In this document: piece after piece, positions 1 to 6,074 of the stretch
Numbering within the stretch: position 1 is the stretch's first letter
How the letters are laid out: each line of letters opens with the position of its first letter
IMG/VR virus record: IMGVR_UViG_3300046788_000003
Location: 1 to 26,214 of that record
DNA: 26,214 nt
Direction: 5' to 3' (one strand)
Origin: a virus
Lineage: Duplodnaviria; Caudoviricetes
Notes under the pieces: model-generated
Seen by the model: only the letters and a program-made list of their open reading frames with translations
Told to the model about the DNA's origin: nothing
The model's database searches: none
Program-made: the position numbers and the translations under genes

Positions 1-201
1 AAGGAGCTTGGCTATGACAAGGGCGTGGTTGCTACGCTTGAGGCTGTGCTTGAGGAGCGTGTGCAGGAGCGTGAGCAGATGCGTGAACTGGTTCAGCTTG
101 TCTCTCAATGCATTGATCAGGTGGAGAAGATGATCAACGTAGGTACGGGCATGCACAGTCGGCTCGATGCAATCAAGCGCACAGGTGAACAGGATGAGTG
201 A
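1..201 (+). CDS. 3' end of a hypothetical protein (partial, runs off the window), helical/coiled-coil-like
   Basis: Frame 1 is open from base 1 (KELGYDKGVVATLEAVLEERVQEREQMRELVQ...) to TGA at 199-201, overlapping the ATG at 194 of the next gene. Confidence 0.7.
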   Translation, partial: KELGYDKGVVATLEAVLEERVQEREQMRELVQLVSQCIDQVEKMINVGTGMHSRLDAIKRTGEQDE

Positions 202-1288
202 CGCTCCATACAGTGCAAGCTTTCGAATAGCATCAGGTGAAGATCTTGCGCTCGAATGCTATGATCACACCAAGCTGAGTGCAGTCAACACATGTCCAAC
301 ATACGGTGTGCTCCGTTACCAAATGAACCTCAGGATGCCTGGAGATGGGCGCTCGATGGCGCTGGAGGCTGGCAGTGCACTACATGAATGCTTTGCCTTC
401 GTTCGCTTGGTCAGCTTGATTGAGCAACTCACTCATGAAGGTAAGCCAAAGGCGTTCGTTGACGCAGTGTGGAGTCATCATGGCATCCGACTATTTGGTA
501 AGGAACGACTAGAAGCCATCAGCCTTGCTGTCGAACAAGCTGATGACGTGATTGATTTATGCAAGCGTGGTTCTATCACTGTGCTAGACTCGGGTGGGTT
601 CCATGATGATCCAAGAGACAGGCGACGCACGCTGTCTAACCTAGAGGAATGTATCTACGCATACATCAATCGTTGGCGCTTCGATCATGTTGTGTGGATG
701 CGTGATCGTGATGACCCAACATCCGATGTAGGTATAGAGATACCATTCGATGTAGTCGTGAATATCCCAACCAAGATGCAGTTTCGTCTCACTGGTAGGA
801 TCGACGGCATTCATTATGCCTCTGATGGTAAGCTGGCTATCCATGATAACAAAAGTGCGTCGCGCTTAGGCGAAGCATGGAGTATGGCACAGCAAGTCAG
901 TCATCAGTTCACTGGCTACTGTGTGGCAGCATCCGTGTTCACCAAGGACAGTGTGCGCAATGTAGAAGTGCACGGGCTGGCTGTTCCTCTACCGAAGACC
1001 TACGACTTTGGAGGAGTCACACGAGAGGTCATGCGTAGAGAAGACCATCACTTCACGCGCTGGTTGGCATGGTTGGTGCACACCGTAGAGATGACTAGGA
1101 AGTATGCAAACGATCCATACAATGCTCCCAAGTTCACACACAGTTGCTCACGCTACTTCCGTCCATGTATCTTCGTACCGTTCTGCGTTGCCGATGATGA
1201 GGAACAGAAGCTCATTGTCAGCGAGCTAGTGTTCGATGAATGGACGCCCTTAGATAAGCCACTGCTCGACGGCATTGGTAACGAATGA
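194..1288 (+). CDS. PD-(D/E)XK exonuclease, Cas4/AddB-like, with a probable 4Fe-4S cysteine set
   Basis: Shows N-terminal SAVNTCP, GSALHE, catalytic-type GIEIPF...GRIDGI...IHDNKS, the QFTGY motif and C-terminal CSRYFRPCIFVPFC (1+3 Cys arrangement). Start placed at ATG 194 (MSDAPY), coupled to the upstream stop. Confidence 0.85.
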   Translation: MSDAPYSASFRIASGEDLALECYDHTKLSAVNTCPTYGVLRYQMNLRMPGDGRSMALEAGSALHECFAFVRLVSLIEQLTHEGKPKAFVDAVWSHHGIRLFGKERLEAISLAVEQADDVIDLCKRGSITVLDSGGFHDDPRDRRRTLSNLEECIYAYINRWRFDHVVWMRDRDDPTSDVGIEIPFDVVVNIPTKMQFRLTGRIDGIHYASDGKLAIHDNKSASRLGEAWSMAQQVSHQFTGYCVAASVFTKDSVRNVEVHGLAVPLPKTYDFGGVTREVMRREDHHFTRWLAWLVHTVEMTRKYANDPYNAPKFTHSCSRYFRPCIFVPFCVADDEEQKLIVSELVFDEWTPLDKPLLDGIGNE

Positions 1289-1295
1289 GGATGCG

Positions 1296-1745
1296 ATGCC
1301 AATATATCTCACAGCAGAAGAGAAGCTGTCGCGTGCACGAGCGAACAACATCCTTGTTGATGAGCAAGACATGTGGTTGCTGGAAGAATACACATGGCAC
1401 ATTGCGCACAAAGGATATGCTAGGACGAACGTAGCAGGCGGAACAGCAAGACTACACAATGCAATAATGGGTTGCCCGATTTGGGAAGGTGAGGAGATAG
1501 ATCACATCAACCGGAACCCAGCAGACAACAGAAGGAGTAACCTGCGGTGGACTTCTCCAACAGGGAACGCACTGAACCGTTCATTCCCACTGAGTAACTC
1601 AGGTGCTCGCAACGTTTACCTAATGGGCAGCAAGTATCAAGTGCAGATCAGACGTAGCGGTGTGTTGCATCTGTTGGGTGGGTTCGATACACTCGATGAG
1701 GCTGTTGACACACGAGATGCATGGCTCGCTACTAATAGTGGGTGA
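1296..1745 (+). CDS. HNH endonuclease (HNH_3-like) with an AP2-like C-terminal domain
   Basis: Contains IDHINRNPADNRRSNLRW and C-terminal YQVQIRRSG...LGGFDTLDEAVDTRD. GAGG at 1287-1290 precedes ATG 1296. Confidence 0.85.
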   Translation: MPIYLTAEEKLSRARANNILVDEQDMWLLEEYTWHIAHKGYARTNVAGGTARLHNAIMGCPIWEGEEIDHINRNPADNRRSNLRWTSPTGNALNRSFPLSNSGARNVYLMGSKYQVQIRRSGVLHLLGGFDTLDEAVDTRDAWLATNSG

Positions 1746-1751
1746 GGAGTG

Positions 1752-2339
1752 ATGAGCACACAACATGTGGTAGTGAAGCATCGTCATCGAGATGCTGAAC
1801 AACGCTTGCAACGTGCACTCAAGCGTGGCATCATTGTTGATCCTGAGGATGAGTGGCTGTTGCGTGCATACACGTGGACCATCCACAACGGATATGGGTG
1901 CACGTGGTTATCGACTGGCTACAGAATGCAGTGCAGTGTGTATCTACACCACTGCATCGTGGGACAGGCTGCATGGCAATGCGATGAAGTCTGTCACGTG
2001 AACAAGAACAGGCTAGACAACAGGAGGTCCAACCTAGTCATCTGCAAGCGTAGTATGTCTAAGCTCAGCAACAGCAACGTGGTGAATGCCAAGCACATCA
2101 TGTTCGACATGCGTGCCAAGCGTTGGCATGTCAAGATCATGCGCAATGGTGTATACTACAGGTGCATGAACCTGCCGACTGAGATGGCTGCACAACTTGT
2201 TAGAGAAGCGTGGGTCGCGTTGTATGCACAACATGGAGATGATACATGGATGAGATTGAGTGGCGAATGGCGTATAACGAAGCGTGCAAGTCTGCCGAAC
2301 GTATCACGGCACCAGAGACCAAGACCACCAACATGCTGA
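1752..2339 (+). CDS. Divergent HNH endonuclease paralogue (tandem copy of the previous gene)
   Basis: Contains VCHVNKNRLDNRRSNL. The N-terminal IIVDPEDEWLLRAYTWTIHNGY matches ILVDEQDMWLLEEYTWHIAHKGY of the upstream gene. WHVKIMRNG is an AP2-like remnant. Confidence 0.75.
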   Translation: MSTQHVVVKHRHRDAEQRLQRALKRGIIVDPEDEWLLRAYTWTIHNGYGCTWLSTGYRMQCSVYLHHCIVGQAAWQCDEVCHVNKNRLDNRRSNLVICKRSMSKLSNSNVVNAKHIMFDMRAKRWHVKIMRNGVYYRCMNLPTEMAAQLVREAWVALYAQHGDDTWMRLSGEWRITKRASLPNVSRHQRPRPPTC

Positions 2340-2399
2340 TCTTGCAGTTGGTGCATGCACTGTTCGTGATGATTGATGATCTGCATGAGGAGGATGCAG

Positions 2400-3254
2400 A
2401 TGAATGAAGAAGTCAGTCCACTGCGTTCACTTGGTGGCATTCCTGTTACCAGTCCACGTAGCGAGGACACGCGGTTCGCGTTGCTGCTGTGGGGTGACAG
2501 TGGTTGTGGCAAGACCAAGCTCGCTTCGACTGCACCCGGTGTGACGCTGTTCATGGTGTTCGATCCTGACGGTGCACTCACGTTGAGTGGCGATCCTAAC
2601 GTGTTGGTCATGGACCTGAGTGATCGCAATGCAATCACCACGATGGGTGAGTTCCGCAAGGATGATCCATTTGGATTGACCAAGTTCCTCAACGACAACC
2701 CTGAGATCAGCACGATCGTGTTGGATAGCATGACCTCGCTTGCATACATGGCATTGCTCGAAGCTGTGAGTAAGAACAGGAACAGCACCATCGAGCAGCC
2801 TGGTATACATGGTTACACGTGGCGCAACGCTACACTCACACGCATTGCCAACACGATGATGACCATCACCAAGCGTGCTAAGCGCAACATGATCTTCATC
2901 TCACATGAGGGCACGCCCAGTCGTGATGATGACGGTCGCATCTTGTCGATCTCACTGATGCTCAGTGAAGGCAGTGCCAACCAAGTTGGTTCACGCATCA
3001 ACGAGGTGTGGTGGATGCGTGACCACAACAACGTTCGTAGTATAGCCGTGCGTCCGTGTCATCAGCGCAAGCCAATGAAGACACGGCTATTCGTTGCTGA
3101 CAAAGCAACTGAGTTCGTGTGGCACTACGATCCAGAGACACAAGTTGGCGAAGGTATCGCTGACTGGTGGGCTGCGTGGCAGGCTAACGGTGGCAAGCGC
3201 ATTCCGTTGCCGACACGTGTATCAACCACAAGTAGAGGAGGAATGAAAAAGTAG
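2400..3254 (+). CDS. P-loop ATPase, AAA_24/Sak4-like (phage recombination / single-strand annealing ATPase)
   Basis: Walker A LLWGDSGCGKT, FDPDG, Walker B TIVLDSMT and MIFISHE. It lies between an exonuclease and an SSB-like gene. RBS GAGGAGG at 2387-2393 favours ATG 2400. Confidence 0.8.
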   Translation: MNEEVSPLRSLGGIPVTSPRSEDTRFALLLWGDSGCGKTKLASTAPGVTLFMVFDPDGALTLSGDPNVLVMDLSDRNAITTMGEFRKDDPFGLTKFLNDNPEISTIVLDSMTSLAYMALLEAVSKNRNSTIEQPGIHGYTWRNATLTRIANTMMTITKRAKRNMIFISHEGTPSRDDDGRILSISLMLSEGSANQVGSRINEVWWMRDHNNVRSIAVRPCHQRKPMKTRLFVADKATEFVWHYDPETQVGEGIADWWAAWQANGGKRIPLPTRVSTTSRGGMKK

Positions 3255-3280
3255 GCCGCGCCTCGGGATAAGGCGCGGCC
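3254..3280. repeat. Perfect 10-bp inverted repeat (GGCCGCGCCT-N7-AGGCGCGGCC)
   Basis: Read directly, at the ATPase stop. There is no U-tract on +; on - it is followed by TACTTTTT, so it could act as a minus-strand terminator. Confidence 0.7.
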
Positions 3281-3298
3281 CCAAGTCGATGTAAGGAA

Positions 3299-3318
3299 CC
3301 CACTCCAGATGGAGTGGG
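3299..3318. repeat. 8-bp inverted repeat with AGAT loop (CCCACTCC-AGAT-GGAGTGGG)
   Basis: Read directly in the ATPase-SSB intergenic region. Confidence 0.65.
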
Positions 3319-3357
3319 CCATACATATAGTGTCAACATTCATGGAGGTCAACCACA

Positions 3358-3792
3358 ATGAGTGGTTCCAATCCCACTGGGCACAGTGGCTCGATCCTCG
3401 AATTTAGCGAGGACATTTCCAACGCGAAGGCACCTGAGCCTTTGCCGATTGGTCAGTATACTGGTGAGATCATTGGCGCGCAGTGGCGTGTCAGTGCTAC
3501 CACTGGTAACACATACGCACAGATCATTGTGCGTGTGCCCGAGTCCAACTATCCTGTCGATCACAAGGATGGTGAGCCGGATGGCACGGTGCTGATGTAT
3601 AATCGGTTGCCGCATGCCGATACGCCACGCGCTCGGTATGCATGGCGGTTGTTCTGTGAGAAGGTTCGTGTTACGCCTGGACGCAGCATTGACTTGAATG
3701 ACTTCTTGGGCCGCAACATCATTGTGGATGTGGTCCATCAGGAGTATGAAGGCGAACAGCGCGCGTCCATCGCACGCATTCTGGAGCCGTGA
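3358..3792 (+). CDS. Putative single-stranded DNA-binding protein (DUF669-like OB fold)
   Basis: Pattern PEPLPIGQYTGEI...SATTGNTY...DLNDFLGRNIIVDVVHQEYEGEQRASI. It follows the Sak4-like ATPase, and RBS GGAGG lies upstream. Confidence 0.7.
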   Translation: MSGSNPTGHSGSILEFSEDISNAKAPEPLPIGQYTGEIIGAQWRVSATTGNTYAQIIVRVPESNYPVDHKDGEPDGTVLMYNRLPHADTPRARYAWRLFCEKVRVTPGRSIDLNDFLGRNIIVDVVHQEYEGEQRASIARILEP

Positions 3793-3797
3793 TCTAC

Positions 3798-3836
3798 GCA
3801 TGTGCGGTTGCATCGCGCAGCCGCACATGCTATCTT
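3798..3836 (+). promoter_or_regulatory. Sigma70-like promoter (TTGCAT-N17-TATCTT, with extended -10 TGn) overlapped by an inverted repeat
   Basis: -35 at 3808-3813, -10 at 3831-3836, TG at 3828-3829. Inverted arms GCATGTGCGG (3798-3807) and CCGCACATGC (3821-3830). Confidence 0.55.
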
Positions 3837-3869
3837 CTAGTATCAACAACATGAGGAGGCAACTGGTCC

Positions 3870-4130
3870 ATGTCCGATGCACCAGCAAAGAAGAAGCGCA
3901 CGCGCAGTTCACCGAAGGCACGTCCAGCCTACGTGATCGTGCAAGTGCTTGATGAGAGTGGCGTGGCTATGCCATTCGACAAGAAGCGGATCAAGGTAGT
4001 GAGCGTTGAGCGCAACCCTGAGAACGTCATGGCAATTGCGCTCAATGAAGAGGAGCACTCCAACAGTATCGTGCTCAAGGTTACGGTGCCTGCGTCACCC
4101 AACACACGACCCACTGCACTCGCAGCCTAG
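3870..4130 (+). CDS. Small hypothetical protein with a basic N-terminus (possible nucleic-acid-binding protein)
   Basis: 86 aa, RBS GAGGAGG at 3853-3859, N-terminus MSDAPAKKKRTRSSPKARP. Confidence 0.75.
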   Translation: MSDAPAKKKRTRSSPKARPAYVIVQVLDESGVAMPFDKKRIKVVSVERNPENVMAIALNEEEHSNSIVLKVTVPASPNTRPTALAA

Positions 4131-4139
4131 TCTATCTGG

Positions 4140-4170
4140 AACGGCACCACAGCAATGCGGTGCCGTTTTC
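4140..4170 (+). terminator. Probable intrinsic terminator
   Basis: AACGGCACC/GGTGCCGTT stem with a GCAA tetraloop, ending in a short TTTT tract, 10 nt after the stop at 4130. Confidence 0.6.
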
Positions 4171-4202
4171 ACTGACCGACATTCCACATACAAGGAACGC
4201 AC

Positions 4203-5543
4203 ATGAGCGACACAGACATGAATGAGTTGTTCAACATTCCCAAGCCCATCGAGTGGGATGCTAAGCAAGAGGAGGCGATCGCTGCATGTTGTGACATTGA
4301 TCGCCGACTGCTTGCCATCACTGGTAAGGCTGGCACTGGCAAGACCATGATGATGCGTGAGGTTGCCAAGCGGTTGAGTGACTGTGGCTACAACGTCCAA
4401 GCTAGTGCACCCACAGGCAAAGCAGCTAAGCGCATTCAGGAAGCAACTGGGCTGTATGCCATGACTAATCATCGTATGCTTGGCTATGGCATGCCTATAG
4501 AGATGGAGGTTGATGACGACAAGACAGGCAACCGCAAGGTGGTGAAGATCAGCACTGGTCCACGCTACACCAAGCGTTCGCCACTGCCATACGACACCAT
4601 CCTGTGTGATGAGTATGCAATGGTCAATCAGGAGATCAACCGCAACCTGATTGATGCACTGCGTGGTGGCGCACGCATCTGCATGTTTGGTGACGTGAAC
4701 CAACTCAAGCCAATCGAGGAGGATCGTAGGCTAGATGAGCAACCGTCGGCATTCCAGAATGCGCTCGCAAAGTTTGGTGGGATCACACTGGATACGATCC
4801 ATCGACATGACGCAGGCTCTGGAATTGCTCGCAATGGTGCGCTTATCTTGCAAGGAAGGATGCCTGTGCGAAGTGACGACTTCAGCATCAAGCAAACAGA
4901 TCAACCTGTCGCTGCGTTGCAAGAGTTCATCGAGTTGCAACTCGCTGAAGGACATAGCTACGCTGATACAGACCACCAGATCGTCACGTGCATGAACAAG
5001 AGTTGGATTGGCACACAGCGATTGAACCTGATCATCCAAGCGATGTTCTGGGACCGCTCACGTCCATTCATTGACCTGCCACGCTATCGTCCGTTCGGCA
5101 GCAAGGATGCACTGCCACCCATCCGTGTGCAGGTTGGCTCGAAGGTGGTCTACACCAGCAACACGTATGACATGGGCGATGAAGTGTCATACGCATTCAA
5201 CGGTGAGGTTGGCACCGTGATCAACATCAACCATGATGAGGGTAGCGTCGAGATCGACTTCAGTGATCGCAGTGTAATCGTGCCACCACTGATCATACAG
5301 GTTCGTGAGAATGGTCAAGTGACTGAAGGTGATCCGCGACGTAACATCGACCATGCATACGTGTTGACAACTCACAAGATGCAGGGTAGTGAGGTGAAGC
5401 ACGTGTGTTACGTGATCAACAAGTCTACGCTGTGGGGGCAGTCACGGCGCAATTTTTATACAGCTATAACGCGCGCGAGAGAACATTGCACGGTGTTCAC
5501 CGATATGCAGTCGATGGCTAAGTCTACTAAGTGGGCAGGTTGA
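4203..5543 (+). CDS. RecD2/Dda-like superfamily 1B DNA helicase
   Basis: Q motif (KQEEAI), ITGKAGTGKT, APTGKAAKRI, TNHRML, LCDEYAMV, FGDVNQLKPI, FNGEVG, AYVLTTHKMQGSE and FYTAITRAR. Confidence 0.93.
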   Translation: MSDTDMNELFNIPKPIEWDAKQEEAIAACCDIDRRLLAITGKAGTGKTMMMREVAKRLSDCGYNVQASAPTGKAAKRIQEATGLYAMTNHRMLGYGMPIEMEVDDDKTGNRKVVKISTGPRYTKRSPLPYDTILCDEYAMVNQEINRNLIDALRGGARICMFGDVNQLKPIEEDRRLDEQPSAFQNALAKFGGITLDTIHRHDAGSGIARNGALILQGRMPVRSDDFSIKQTDQPVAALQEFIELQLAEGHSYADTDHQIVTCMNKSWIGTQRLNLIIQAMFWDRSRPFIDLPRYRPFGSKDALPPIRVQVGSKVVYTSNTYDMGDEVSYAFNGEVGTVININHDEGSVEIDFSDRSVIVPPLIIQVRENGQVTEGDPRRNIDHAYVLTTHKMQGSEVKHVCYVINKSTLWGQSRRNFYTAITRAREHCTVFTDMQSMAKSTKWAG

Positions 5544-5554
5544 GAACAAATCAA

Positions 5555-5582
5555 GCCCGCGCCTGTAGATACAGGCGTGGGC
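5555..5582. repeat. 12-bp inverted repeat with AGAT loop (GCCCGCGCCTGT-AGAT-ACAGGCGTGGGC, one G-T pair)
   Basis: Read directly between the helicase stop and the HNH gene. Confidence 0.65.
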
Positions 5583-5600
5583 ACGAATGGGGAACAGCAC

Positions 5601-6074
5601 GTGCGAATAGAACTCACACAAGGCTACTCCGCTGAGATAGACTTCTCTGATTGGTGGAAGGTGCAAGGCTATACATGGCGTGCACACATTGTGCCTAAGA
5701 CAGTCTACGCAGTTACTAGCATAAGGGATCGTGGAAACGTCTACATGCATAGGCTCATCAAGCCATCACCAGAAGGTTTGCAGATAGACCATGAGGATGG
5801 AGACGGGCTGAATAACAGATACGTCAATCTACGACACGCAACAAGTAAGCAGAACAGTGCCAACGCATACAGAGCACACAATGCAACAGGCTATATTGGT
5901 GTTAGTGCTGCACCATCAGGACGCTGGACGGCACGTGTAAAGAAAGATGGGACACTTCGTGGTCTCGGCACATTCGATACAGCAGAAGAAGCTGCCAGAG
6001 TTCGTGATGCTTGGGTGCTGGCAGAGTATGGAGAGTTTGCCATACTGAACTTCCCAGTGGAGGACAAGCCATGA
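5601..6074 (+). CDS. HNH-AP2 endonuclease (free-standing homing-endonuclease type)
   Basis: IELTQG start, YMHRLI, IDHEDGDGLNNRYVNLR and AP2 domain GYIGVS...GRWTARV...LGTFDTAEEAARVRD. The start (GTG 5601 or 5577) is uncertain. Confidence 0.9.
   Translation: MRIELTQGYSAEIDFSDWWKVQGYTWRAHIVPKTVYAVTSIRDRGNVYMHRLIKPSPEGLQIDHEDGDGLNNRYVNLRHATSKQNSANAYRAHNATGYIGVSAAPSGRWTARVKKDGTLRGLGTFDTAEEAARVRDAWVLAEYGEFAILNFPVEDKP

Noticed and set aside
194-1288. CRISPR-Cas system implied by the Cas4-like gene
   Set aside because: No repeat-spacer array or other cas genes are present; the context is a phage recombination module.
2351-2360. Perfect palindrome GTGCATGCAC upstream of the ATPase
   Set aside because: Such words are expected given the genome-wide TGCA/alternation bias, and there is no convincing promoter around it.
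2156-4703. Long minus-strand ORFs (2156-2791, 3349-3921, 4095-4703) opposite the replication genes
   Set aside because: They are antisense to well-supported genes, with no motifs or convincing RBS; typical shadow ORFs.
6011-6070. Longer N-terminal extensions in the ORF track (polymerase 6011; also 167, 2373, 10311, 18712, 20396, 21415)
   Set aside because: Downstream starts have better RBS or stop-start coupling, and most extensions overlap neighbouring genes.
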